This document shows, piece after piece, positions 48,018 to 60,389 of a stretch of 64,000 nt of DNA. The translations under genes and the position numbers were made by a program. The notes below the pieces were generated by a model, which ran no database searches, was not told the origin of the DNA, and saw nothing but the letters and a program-made list of their open reading frames with translations. How positions within the stretch are numbered: the stretch's first letter is position 1; each line of letters starts with the position of its first letter. Source of the DNA: Ostrea edulis (taxonomy: Eukaryota); assembly GCF_947568905.1 (NCBI RefSeq), contig NC_079169.1:52762001-52826000 (forward strand). Direction: 5' to 3'.

Positions 48018-50371
48018 ATCATTAGAATTCAGTTTGTTGAATTTATGCCAAATAAGGCAGTCATAAATCTTGTATTTTAATCGCCCAGTCTGCCGACATC
48101 GGAAAAAACAACACCATTTATAGCATTTTCTTTTTTTTTTAAAAAATACAACATTATCATTTTACCTGCAAACAAGACTACCCTCAACTCCATGTGTTTT
48201 TCACATGAGTGTAAACAGCCTGAGTGCACCACATAAAGTAGCCTCTTCTACCAATATCAAATAGTTCCTTTATAAACAATTGGTTATTTCTACAATCTAC
48301 ACTGAAGTACACGAATTATGAAGAAGAAAAAGAAGATAAGAGGGAAGTGTGGAAAATCGCGCATGAAAAAAAAATCATTCTTTTAAATACATGGAACTAC
48401 AATCGATTGAGTTCAGTTTGATTGGACAATTACCTGTGCACCTTCTTCTGTACCTACCAATATCTATACAGTTGGTCATGTGATCAAATCATATGAAGCC
48501 CGAAGGACATCATAGTAAATCTGATCACGATCCAAAACTGCAGTATACATCCCAGTGAGGTTATAGCTTATTGCTTTTATTTCCATACCAATTGTTTCTT
48601 TGCAGTATATGAACTCTACACCAAGCAGTTGCATCTATGAGACTGTAGACGCCATGGCTCTCTCTTTGACCGCAATTACCTTGTCTTGCTTTAAAAGCTA
48701 TCAGAAAGTTATGTTTTAGGAAATTAACACCACCAATATGTATTAGATAACAAAACTATATTTATAGACAGTTTTAATATCCTCTTATAATCATAGACAG
48801 TTTTTTAAAAACATATTCTTATATTCCTTTTTAAAACACATCGAGTTAGAAAACTGAAAGGAATTTAGCCCAAATAAATTTCTTTCAATCATTTTTCGTA
48901 TTTTACGAAGGATGAATATAATTAGGTTTTACTGACACAAGTGTGTCTCACCTGTCTCAGGTATGTGTCTTACCTCTCTCAGGTATGTGTCTTACCTGTC
49001 TCAGGTATGTGTGTCTACAACTGTCGGTACACGGACTGGGTCAACTCTTACGATCAACCAATCAGTTTCTCTGTTCCCAATGGTTACGTCATCAGGGGAT
49101 TGATCAGCGTGGACAGCAACTTCACGGAGTAATTATCGTTTAATTATCTTATTTACAAAGTAATTATTATTTAATTAATTAACTTCTTATATACAGCATA
49201 TTTACAAAGTAATTATCATTTAATTAATTAACTTCTTATATACCGCATATTTACAGAGTAATTTTCATTTAATTAATTAACTTCTTATATACAATGCAAC
49301 ATATTTACAGAGTAAATATCATTTAATTAATTAACTTCTTATATACCACATATTTACAGAGTAATTTTCATTTAATTGATTAACTTCTTATATACAACAT
49401 ATTTACAGAGTGATTATCATTTTATTATTTAACTTCAACTACACAGCACCTTCATCAAGTAAAATGTTAGCTTTCAAGTGTAAAAGTTAATGAATTTTGA
49501 TGGCCATTCAACATTATATTGATCTAGCTAACTTCACAGAGTCTGCTTTATGTTTCATTCAAAATACTTACATAAAGGACAAAAAGAGGAGCGGTAGCTC
49601 GGTGGTAGAGAGTTCAAGCCCTTCGTGTCATGACCGCTTCTAAACTAAGACGTAAATATAGATAGGGATTGCTCCTTCGTCAAACTCTCGGCATTTAGAA
49701 GTGAGAATCACGGGTCTTTCGGATTTGATCTTCCAAATGAGGTCGATCCCGTGTCGCGGCAGGCGTTGACATGTTAAGGAACCCTCACTGCTACGGCCGT
49801 AAGCGCTAAGCATAGCTCTAAATTTGTGGTACTTCACTTACAACTAGTGACGTGTCGCGAACAGGCGTTGGCACGTTAAAGAACCGTCACTGCTAAAGAT
49901 CTTAGCAAATTAAACTATAATCTAACTGTGTGGTTCTTCATCTACAACAGGAGTTGTCTCGACCGAAAAAAGTAATTTCTAAAATCTAAGTTGAGTAAGG
50001 GTGATCTACTTTATCATCTGCAGGTTGACTGCAAATACTATGTTGAGTACAGGACCTTACGAAATGTGCGCCAACAAGTTACTTTGTCAACGACGATGCG
50101 TTTCTATGAAAAACATGTATTGAATTTGAATATCATTTGCAGAGATAGGTTGTTTAAGTACGACATTTGCAAAATTTCGGATACCTGTGACGGATTCCCA
50201 TCAACTGTTACACATCTGTTTTCCGGATCTATACTCACGGCACCGTCGTCTCTGAACCACCAGGGCCAAACTCAGCCATTAACGTTGGTGTTCTACCCGA
50301 ACACATCGTCTGGGAGCAGCCTGATTGGCAAAAGAGACTCAAACAATTTACTATCAAACATTTTACATTGA
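44853..50371 (+). CDS. Dermatopontin / haemagglutinin-amoebocyte aggregation factor-like gene D (3 DERM repeats); exon 1 damaged, possibly a pseudogene
   Basis: Exons 44853-45054 (or -45059), 46165-46296, 49005-49128 and 50143-50371. Motifs: FDQEFTFSCP..HKNVYEDRVFDFKC, FDN..YQCP..GVSSYHVNQYEDRRFRFYCC, WVNSYDQP..GLIS..EDRLFKY. AATAAA at 50567. Confidence 0.8.
46340..47590 (-). mobile_element. Penelope-like RT fragment interrupted by a further insertion at about 46785-47165
   Basis: LEFLIDNI..GDQVFQQSVGI..GTNCAP and RYARAC-type segments plus the 3' tail; lies in gene D intron 2. Confidence 0.8.
47967..48013. repeat. (AG)n microsatellite
   Basis: Direct observation. Confidence 0.95.
48940..49012 (+). 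repeat. 22-bp triplication of the gene D exon-3 acceptor
   Basis: CTCAG|GTATGTG ends at 48960, 48982 and 49004. Confidence 0.9.
49124..49440 (+). repeat. About 49-bp AT-rich tandem repeat starting at the gene D exon-3 donor
   Basis: ACAGAGTAATTATCATTTAATTAATTAACTTCTTATATAC units, about 6 copies. Confidence 0.8.
49588..49900 (+). mobile_element. Degenerate tRNA-derived SINE with duplicated central domain
   Basis: TAGCTCGGTGG A-box; GTGTCGCG..GGCACGTTAAAGAACC occurs twice. Confidence 0.6.
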
Positions 50372-50629
50372 AGAAATGAATTACTAGGATGCCAGACTTA
50401 TGCGCGGGTTGACGGTTGATTAAAGCAGCCTGATATCATATTGATCTACATTTTTATTACAAATTTACGAATGCATCATGTTCTTATAGTATCATGTGAA
50501 AAGTGCAGATAACGAAGTGATGTATGGCCACAGGGTATTTCTATTACGAATTATGAAAATCGCTATAATAAATACTTTTTTCGTCCTTTTCACTTCTCCA
50601 ATACCATATTGCCAGAATCGAGCATTACA

Positions 50630-51003
50630 CAGTGGCGGATTTAGAGGGGGCGCAAATTTTCAAATTTAAGGTAAATCGCGGTATCTTGTTTCGGAAAATG
50701 TACTAAACGATAAAGAAGCAATAATTTCTTCCACTCCCGGAGAAATAAATTACAAAGTCTTTTGATTTCTTGAATTACTTTATTGGGAGAACTTAATTTT
50801 TTCCAAAAAACCCTTAAAATTTGGGTCATTTTATTAATTTCACCTTTAAAAAATGATAGAAAATAGTACAAATGACTTAATAGGAGAAATATTTCAAGCC
50901 CCATAAAATCTGTAAAACCCAGGAGCTTCCGGGGGCTTCGCCCTGGACCCACTGCCTCATAAAGTGACGCCCCCCGTAACCGCAATTCCTGGATCCGCCC
51001 CTG
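50630..51003. mobile_element. MITE with CAGTGGCGGAT / GGATCCGCCCCTG ends
   Basis: Short TIRs; no clean TSD. Confidence 0.55.
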
Positions 51004-51299
51004 ATGCATACTTTAAACCCGTGCTTCTAGCCTCAGTCATAAGTTTGAATCGTATTATTGACGTTGAATCGTGTGGTTGACGTTGAATTTGAATCTTGTG
51101 GGGTTTCTGTTTTGTTTGTTATTTTTGTTGTTTGTTTGTTTTTGTTATTGCTGAACTTGTATGGTTTTTGCATAATTATAGTGGTGAGGATGACGTTGAA
51201 TTTGAATTGTGTGGTTTACATTGAAGTCGAATCATATGCTTTTTTATGCTTCCCGAAAATCTTCGGGGAACATCTAGTCGCTGTCATGTCCGTTCGTCC

Positions 51300-52072
51300 T
51301 AGCTGCAATAATGTAGCCCTCTTCGATTTTTTTGGGGTGGGTGGGGCTACAACTCCTTAGGATATCCGTAATGGTGCAAATGCGGGAGTGATTTCCTCCT
51401 GCAACATTTTCGATCATTCTAAACATTTGCCGACTTTCTTTACGTAAATAAAATGATATTCTGTTTCTTAGTCAATATACAAATTTACAACCTGCAACTT
51501 ACGATTTACGAGGCTCTATTCTACCGTTTTCAACAATTTCGATATATTCCAAATTCTCAATTCATATTTGTGCGCCATGTTTGATGTACGGAAGTTTCAA
51601 TTTCCGATTGTCAAGTTATTTGCATATGCCATATAAGGTAGTATTTACATCAATGGACAAATACGGAGGAGAAAGCTATTTCGTCGTGATAAACTATTAA
51701 AAAGGTTTAGATTTAATATAAAGTTAAAAAACAAACAGCAGATAGTGTAAATTCTTTCTGCAACCAAATGATTCAGAGTGGCTCGAGTAACTACATTTTC
51801 GCGCATATTGTCAACGTTTAGGTTTTTCAGTAGATCCACCTACGAGATCTCGCGATAACAAGCATGGCGGAGCAGACGAAAAAATTTTCATGCTGCACAT
51901 GATGTTTAATGAAAAACACCCTTATTAGACATGCCCGAGCACAAAGTTTGGGAGCTTATTATCGGTTATTCATAAAATCATTTTGCACCATTACGGAGAT
52001 CCTATGGAATTGTAGCCCTATCCCGAAAACGTCAGAATAAAAAAATCGGATTGGGCTACATTATTGCAGCTA
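51300..52072. mobile_element. hAT-type non-autonomous element
   Basis: TAGCTGCAATAATGTAGCCC TIRs (imperfect, about 80 bp); 8-bp TSD GTTCGTCC at 51292-51299 and 52073-52080. Confidence 0.85.
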
Positions 52073-52470
52073 GTTCGTCCGAGCTCATCTCTTCCAAACT
52101 TTTCATCAGAAATTGATTTAATTTTTTTTTTATATAAAAGCTCCCATCTCCTAAACCTATCATAATTGATCAAAAATATTCCTTGGGACAGGGAACTTTT
52201 GGACCAAGGTAATTTTGGAAAGGTCAAGGTCACTCATAACATATACCCTGTATAAGGAAAAAGTTCCTTATTTACAGTTTTTGAACAGGCATTGATCATA
52301 TATCTCACCAACTCGTAACAGGCAAATGGCTATTAGACAAAGATCACCCAAGGTTATTTTGGAAAAGGTCAAGGTCACTCAGAACATAATACTTTGTATA
52401 TGGATAAACCTTCATTTCAACAATAATTCCTTCATTTCAACAATAATTCCTTCATTTCAATAATAATTCA

Positions 52471-53524
52471 TCCGGTGGGGATCCGGGTTAGAATAGGTCC
52501 TCAGTACCCCTTGCTTATCGTAAGCGGGGACTAAATGGGGCGGTAATTCCACAGGCACTTGTTTCTGTAAATAACTTGCGACCTCTTTATACTAATAATG
52601 ACACAAGGTACCTAGCTTCAAATGACACCGAATGGCATCCCCCGAGAATGTCGGCCTTTTGAGCTTCCAGGGAATATGCGATGCGAATGTATTTATTACC
52701 GTTCTATTGTACAATCATTCAACTAAAAAACCATGTATGACATGTATGACATGACTGCATTCATTGCCTCTTATCGTCGAAATCTGCAACAAAACATGGG
52801 TCTACAGCTCGATTTGTACTGATACCGCGCAGAATACGTGCACGATTTTGACTGGCTAGCACGGTCTTCTAAAATTACGTTTGGAATTCTTTTGAGTTAT
52901 TTATAGAAAGATGAAGAATCAGAGATGAATTTAAAATAACAGGCAAAAGGATGGTTTTAATAGTGACCATTGACCACAATTGATCTTATTTTATATTATT
53001 TAGTTACTAACGTTAGGGGGGAAATGCTACAAAAAATAAAGGGGGCTCCACCCCCCCCACCCCCCCCCACCCCCTACAACTACCCCCCCCCCCCCCATTC
53101 TGTTATTTATTTATTATTTTTTTTGCGGTGACAACTTCCCCAAAATGTGTGGATTCCTTGACTGTCTCATCTCAATTTCGATTAATGTAGTCGTTTCACG
53201 CTTTTTATAAGCTTTAAGAGATTGGCCTTCTACTGGACTGGTATACTAAAATATACTTATTATAAACAGTATAAGGCTTTCAATAAGTGTGTTCACGATT
53301 ACATAAATTTCGAAGAAATAATCACCGCCCAAAAATCAAAATGGGGGCTAATGGTGTCCGTAATTCAGTTGCGAGTGAATTTTTCCTTGTCGGCACAGAT
53401 TCGTAAAATTAGGTATGCGGGGGAGGGGGGCGCCAGAGAAGTTGGAAGTTACACATGGCTTGTTTAAATTTCCTGACAGGCAATAATAAAAATATAATAG
53501 TCATGATAAAGATCTTCAGAACCT

Positions 53525-53556
<32 letters not shown>

Positions 53557-54620
53557 GGGGTCGCAATATATCTTCATTTGCATATATGCAAATAACAGGC
53601 AATGTTCATTGTCAATTAATTAAGATGGTGGGCCAGTCCCTTCCGAAAAACATTGTTAGGGTTTCTTAAGACTTCAATGTAAAAACAGGTACTCGTCACA
53701 TCAATAATACTACAAAGTCAATAACACATCACTAAAAACTTTCCTTGCTCTATTTTGCATACTTCCAAATAATCTTTGATCTGTATTTTCACTGACTTTC
53801 CATAAATCTGCAGGCATGAAACATGCAATTGGCAGAAATGTTTTTCATAAGTTGTGTTTACAGTAAGTCATAATTTCATGAAATGATTCCGACACGAAAA
53901 TATTTTTTAAATCTCCACTCGGGAAGTCTTAGCTTCTATCTTCTGACGACATGTAAAATCCCAAAACGTACGAACAGCTTTGGGTTTTTTTTCCCAGTAA
54001 CTAAAAATAGCGTACAGCGTCTTCAATTCAAAATTCTTATTTTGTTAACAAAGCAATATTTTCAAGATTTTTTTTGTTCATAAAAATCATATCAATTTAT
54101 TGTGATGATAAAACAATGAGACTTTATTTTTCAACACAACGAATCTGTGCGGTACCACTTCGTGGTATAAAACGGAAAATCGAGCTGTAGACCCATGTTT
54201 TGTTGTAGTTTTCGGCGATAATAGGCAATGAATGCAGTCATGCCAACATGGTTCTTTAGTTGAATGATTATACAAGAGAACGGTAATAAGTACATTTACA
54301 TAAGATATTCCCTGGAAGCTCAAAAGTCCGACATTCTCAGGAGGCCATTCGGTGTCATTTGAAGCTAGGTACCTTGTATTATTATTAGTATACAGAGGTC
54401 ATAAGTTATTTACAGAAACAAGTGCCTGTGGGTCATTCGGATGAAACCGCAAAAACCGAAGTCACAGCAGGTGTGGCACAATAAAGATCCCTCCCTGCTC
54501 ACAGGTCGTAAGCGCCGTGCATAGGCCTAAATTTTGCAGCCCATCACCGGCAATGGTGACGTCTCCATATCAGTGAAACATTGTCGAGAGGAGCTTTAAA
54601 CAATATACAATCAATCAATC
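52471..54620 (+). mobile_element. SINE-like element with a non-tRNA head, split by the TIR element
   Basis: Head GGGGATCC..CTAAATGGGG at 52471-52543, body and (TCAA)n tail at 54433-54620. Flanking CAA(C/T)AATAATTCA is TSD-like. Confidence 0.75.
52548..54432. mobile_element. Unclassified TIR element (about 130-bp TIRs) inserted in a SINE
   Basis: (T/C)CCACAGGCACTTGTTTCTGTAAATAAC ends with an imperfect 4-bp TSD TAAT/TCAT. The SINE sequence resumes exactly after it. Confidence 0.8.
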
Positions 54621-54909
54621 AACAATAATTCAACAGTTATTGATCTTTTGGACCAAGGTCTCTCAAGGTAATTTTGTTAAAGTCAAAGTCACCCAACATA
54701 TACCTTGCATATAATTTTAAAAACCTCCATTTCGACAGTATTTCAACAGTAATTAATCATTGCGCAGTTCATTCGTCATATGAAGAAGTTCATTGGTTAA
54801 ATGCAGTTCAGGGAACATCCATCAGTTTTACTGATATTCTTAAGCTTGTGTTGAATTTCAGTCCTGTGGTTGACGTTGAATTTGAATCCTGTGGTTGACG
54901 CTGAATTTT

Positions 54910-55176
54910 GATTGATTGATTTAATATTGTTGAACGTCCCTCTCGAGAATCTTTCGCTCATATGGAGATGTCACCACTGCCGGTGAAGGGATGCAAAATT
55001 TAGACCTGTGCTCGGCGCTTACGGCCTTTGAACAGGGAGGGATCTTTATCGTGCAACACCTGTTGTGACACGGGACCTCGGTTTTTGCGGTCTTATCCGA
55101 AGGATCGCCCCCATTTAGTAGTCTCTTACGACAAGCAAGGTGTGCTAAGGACCAGTTCTAACCTGGATCCCCAAGG
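54910..55176 (-). mobile_element. SINE-like element, same family
   Basis: Reverse complement of the 17308 copy, with (TCAA)n tail. Confidence 0.75.
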
Positions 55177-56294
55177 GATTTTTTGAATAGTGTAGTTGGT
55201 GGTTGACGGTGAATTTTGAATCCTGTGGTTGATGCTTAATTTGAATCGTGCCGTTGACGTTGAATTTGCATCGTGCGGTTGACGTTTAATTAGAATCCTG
55301 TGATTGATGTTGAATTTTTGAATCCCGAATTTTGAAAGTCAACAATTTCATGGCAACGCGAAAGCATGGACGGCCTGCAGGCTGTTAGCGGGACACATTC
55401 AGCGATAAAAGACAGTCAGACGGAAACAGGTAGATAGAACCACTTTGAGCAATATTTCATGTTTAATATGAAATCGCAATTCAGGACGACTACATGTGTT
55501 CATACTGTAAACGAAACGCTCATCTCACATGGTGTTTCTAATAATATTTTTCTCGCGTACTTCCCCACATCCACCATAAATGTCATTTAAAATACCCATA
55601 TTTGTTAAAAAATTGTCTAATCGTATTATTTTTCATTGTTTATCATACTGACAAAATTTTGGTCTGGTTTTTAACATCGAACAAACTACTGTTTAATACG
55701 GCACATATACCTTTAAGATAAAAAGTCTTCCTCGTGCATTTTCGCGTGTATTGAAATGTGTCAAGTAACCAAATGGCAGATGACCGTAGCAGATTCGTTT
55801 TCAAAGCAGACATATCTCCAACATTAATTTGATATTACATTCACCGCTCTGATAAGTCGTTTGTCTACTGCACTGGACAGATGATTAAGCTCTCTGTATA
55901 TACAGCATGAAAAGAACGACTGTCACAGGTATAGATATTATCTATCTCTTAAAACAACTGACATTATTCAGATTTCAGGGATACTTCAATTATAAATGGT
56001 GGACAATTTTGTTTTTGCATGACACTTTGATTTCATATTTTCTTGCACGCTTTATACGACTTCGATGCTAGGTATGTTGGTATAATTATATTTCTATGTG
56101 GAACTATTATTATTTTTCCGTTTGGACAATTTTACCACCTACGTACCTTATCAAAGAAGAGCGTACATTAATGTTAAATATTTCTAAAACATTTTTGAAT
56201 TGTTTTATTCATAATTGTTAATAAAAAGAATTACAGTCTTATCATGAAAAATACAGGTAACGTTAAGGCAGAGGTAAATCATAGACCACTACTA

Positions 56295-56535
56295 AGTACA
56301 ACTCATCGAACATTCTTAGGAAGACTTCATCGATCTTTGACTTATGACTTCAGTACAACGCATCGAACACTCTTAGGTACACTTCATCGATCTTTAACTT
56401 AATACTTCAGTACAACTCATCGAACACTCTTGGGAAGATTTAATCGATCTTTGACTAATGACTCCAGTACAACTCATCGAACACTCTTAGGTACACTTCA
56501 TTGATCTCTGGCTTAGGTACAACTCGTAGACCACT
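56295..56535. repeat. 57-bp tandem repeat, 4 copies
   Basis: AGTACAAC recurs at 56295, 56352, 56409 and 56466. Confidence 0.9.
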
Positions 56536-56692
56536 AAAGTTGTATGTCAAGAACATAGGCGTATATAAAAGGTAGATGCATCGATGAAAATGCACAGCTA
56601 ATCTAAAATATTTTTTAGCATTGTATGAATGATGAAATGAATGGAATTTTACTCCTATTCTAATGTCAGAAAGCATTTCATTCTAATGAGTG

Positions 56693-57605
56693 AAAACGTG
56701 AAGATTAAAAACAGTGATCAATGTAATAAATCATATCAAGAATACAATAGTATGATTAGTGCTAACACGGGTCCTGTACACACCAGAGGCGGGATCAGGT
56801 GCACGTGCCAAGGAAGAGTGAGCATCACGTGTAGACCGGCCACACCCGTCTTGACCCCAATATCTTGATCAGGTAAACGGAGTTATCTGTAGTCAAAATC
56901 ATTAAGTATATCTCCTTATAGGAGTTATGAGATTGATCACTGTTCGCTATCTTCACCTTTTCATGTAGAGAACGCCCTAACAACTGGTATGAAACACGCG
57001 AGATAGCATTCGACCCAATGACAGATTGTATCTGTCAATCAGATCGTTATAACGACCATAGAAAATGCGAAATGCTGACTTTATACGAGACTGTTAACCC
57101 CTCTGTAACATCAACTTATTTGTCAGTAGCCTGCCTTGATTTAAATTCTTAACATAGAAAGAACAAGATCTTGCGTATTGAATCAGTTGAGAGACAAACA
57201 ACATGCAAGTTGGCGATGGGGAAGCTGATGTCATCCCGTTTGTCATAAAGTTGAATTGTTAGTTTGCCTTAACACCTATGCTCAATTTATCCAAGTATGA
57301 AGAATATGTGGAAGACTCTGTAGTGATTTTAATTTAAATTCACTGGGATATATCGAATCGAAATATAAATGAAAATGATTATTGTTAATAGATAAAACGT
57401 CGTCGAGATATCTAAATGTTGAGTTGAAGGCCACTGCAAGAGATTTTTTATTCACATGTAGAAGCTTCTGAACTGTTCTAATTCGTTAGAATATAAAAAC
57501 AGTTCAGCTAATAAAAGCGCACAATTCGTGCGCATGGGTCTTCCAACAGACTGTTGGAAGACCTGATCACCAATGACTACGAAGATATTGTCAATGAGGA
57601 ACTTC
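56693..57605 (-). mobile_element. Penelope-like retroelement, decayed RT and 3' region
   Basis: Minus strand encodes FLIDNIFVVIGDQVFQQSVGRPMRTNCALLLAELFLYS and TFRYLDDVLSINN (RT motifs), followed by the family 3' tail. Confidence 0.85.
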
Positions 57606-57853
57606 AGTCATCGACCACTAACTACTTTTATAGAACTCATACACAACAATTATAGGCTTGAGTACAACTCTTAAACCACTCCCAAATGGCTTTTAAACTG
57701 ATGTCTCACAAACCAAAAACTTATGACTTTAATTCTAATCGACCTCTAATTGATGACGTAGATATAACTCAATGACCACTAACTAATAACTTCAATACAT
57801 TTCATTGAAAGGCTTCTCCTGTCGTGGAATTCATTTAATACCAACACTATTTT

Positions 57854-60266
57854 GTGCTGGACAGCTGCAGAAGTCGATTTTATATTGTAGCAATCATTTT
57901 CCCTCTGGTTCTGTTGTTGGAAGGCTGCATCTCTTACTGGTCTTGGGTGAACGATTATGACCAAACCTTTCACTTTCAATGTCCTAAGGACCAGTACCTA
58001 ACAGGGTTAGAGAGTGTATTCAGTAAATCTCACAACGACCGGAAGTTCAATCTCCGCTGTACCCCCAGCTCCTCTCTACTACATTCCTCCTGTGCATGGA
58101 CAGGTATAATCATTTTCACTTTATGCACAGAAACAACATGCGAGTGCAGATAAAAAGATAATGAACAGCGATCAATATGATAATTCGTATAAAGAATACA
58201 ACATTAAGATTGGGACAAACACATGCCCCTGGACACACCAACGGTGGGACGGGGTGCCTAGAAGGCGTTAGCATATCCAATTGACCGGTCACACCTACCA
58301 TAAGCCCTATAACTTGATCAGTTAAACAGACTAATCCGTACATAAAATTAGCATACAAAGAACGGGTTAACAATTGGCATAAAACACATCAGACAGCATT
58401 CCCCCTAATGACTGGCTGTATTTTTAGATTAAATCTCCGAAACTAGTAAAAGTTCTACACATAGCGGTATACTCACAGGAGCATACTTCTTCTGAATCTT
58501 GATTTTGATACAAAAGTGAAAGGTCACCAATTTGAACCTTACAGCGGTTTGTTATTAGCTAAAGGCAGGGCTTATTTGTGATAGGTTCCGAAAGCTGTAA
58601 TATCTAAAATAACACTGCTTAGTTTCAAAACCAGCGACATTTCGTTATAATTTAGCATAAGCGAGTACATATATGTTTATGATCCACTAATTTTTTTGGG
58701 GGGTACAGATTACGTGAATGTGATGGATGAACCTTTGGTGTTCCAATGTCCCGCTGGTGGAATTGTCAACGGAATAGGAAGCTCTCATGACGATGCTTAC
58801 GAAGATAGGAAGTTTGAATTTCGATGTTGTAATATTTCGCGTGAGTAGACATCTATTATGTCATTACGTTCTTCTAGTTTCTGAAGGCTCGTCTGCATTT
58901 TCCAATTGCAAGTCTGTTTAAGTCTAGCTAGACGTCTATGTCTTTAACTGTCTGTTTCTCTGTCTGTCCGTCCGTTTGTCTCTTTCGTCGCTGTTCGTTT
59001 ATTTTTCACATTTTATTCTTTTCCACACCCCAGAAAAAAAATCAACGAAACTTATTTCGTTGAGAAAATTCAAATGTGATTAATCTAAGACTTCTCTCAA
59101 CACACATCCTTAGAGATAATTAGACAATGATAAATATACAATGTACATTTTAGGGTAGAGTCATATCGACAAATTCAAGATCAGATATTAAAACAGATCC
59201 GTGATAGGTCACTCGTGTAAAGCAAAAACCAAATTATGAAACCATGATGCAGCAATGTAACCCTGAATTACATCCTTTGATAGTTTTTTCTAGACAGGTT
59301 TGTGAACACAATATACAAACACCCCCATACAATGTATATTGAGCACCCCAGTATAATGAAAACGTGTCCTACACAAGATTGGTCCTTAATAGTTTTATAT
59401 AGGAATTTATTGAGGAAAACCTTGAGAACAAGCTTTCAATTTGACACAAAAATATATAGAAATTTTGTAACTTTGTTTTGTGTTAACTCACCTTCCAAGG
59501 ACCAGAATGACATGCCAAGAAATTGACGAAAGTTTTCATTTGAATTTTTGTTTCCAAATCTGCATATATTTACATTCTAACGACTCCACTTTGAATCAAA
59601 ACTTTCTCTACAAATGTACCGTAGATGTATAATTATTATAGTATATAGATCAGCAGAGTGATCAAAGAACGGGGATTACATACCCTACCGTTAAGGTTTT
59701 ATATTTTATCCTACACAGTGACGTGCGTGTATAACTGTAAATACACGGGGTGGCTGAATGGATTAGAAGGACACCTTAATTACGTGGTTCCGCCAAACCA
59801 GTTCATTAGAGGAATTGTTAGCTTTCACAATAACGCACATGAGTAAGCCCTTGGTGTATGTGTGAGTGCATGTGTATGATAAACTTGTTACCCACAGTCT
59901 TATCACGTTAAATAGAGAAGTTATATACTATAATTGTGTGTGTTCGCTAAATGGAAACATTCACAAACTTCAAACTTTATTTTGCAAAAATTTGGAAATT
60001 GTTTAGCCTAAAAGTTTGTATCACACGAATGTAGTATAATTTTCGGGATTCTTTGTTGGGTTTTTCTTTTCTTTTTGTTTGTTTGTTTACATCTATATTT
60101 TAGGGACAGGAGGTTTGATCTTGAGGTGTGTTCCCTCAGCTATGATTGCCGTCATAGTCTTACTACACCACCCTCCACAACCACCTCCACAACAACAACA
60201 GGGAAACATCACCTTTTCCCGATAGTAACCGGAAACGCTCCAAACCCGGTACCCATCCTAGGGTAG
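57854..60266 (+). CDS. Dermatopontin / HAAF-like gene E (3 DERM repeats plus Thr-rich tail); start codon uncertain
   Basis: Exons about 57854-58103, 58709-58840, 59719-59842 and 60104-60266. Internal exon sizes (132, 124 nt) and phases match gene D. Motifs: WVNDYDQTFHFQCP, EDRKFEFRCC, EDRRFDLEVC. AATAAA at 60279. Confidence 0.9.
58150..58420 (-). mobile_element. Penelope-like 3' fragment
   Basis: Family tail in gene E intron 1. Confidence 0.65.
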
Positions 60267-60389
60267 GAGACCACCAACAATAAACTGCGCTCCTTATGAT
60301 GCATGTAAATCTTCCTTTAGATTAAACAACACTATTGTGTATCACGTGTGATAGTATGATAACAAACAAATATCAAACCCCGCTACATT

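Larger units (their letters stand above)
51241..54850 (+). mobile_element. Helentron-associated non-autonomous element (HINE/DINE-1-like) hosting nested insertions
   Basis: T-run, then subterminal hairpin TCCCGAA/TTCGGGGA-ACATC, GTCC-type microsatellite, internal AAGGTCAAGGTCA units, 3' CAGGGAACATC and ATCAG/CTGAT hairpin. Ends are approximate. Confidence 0.65.
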
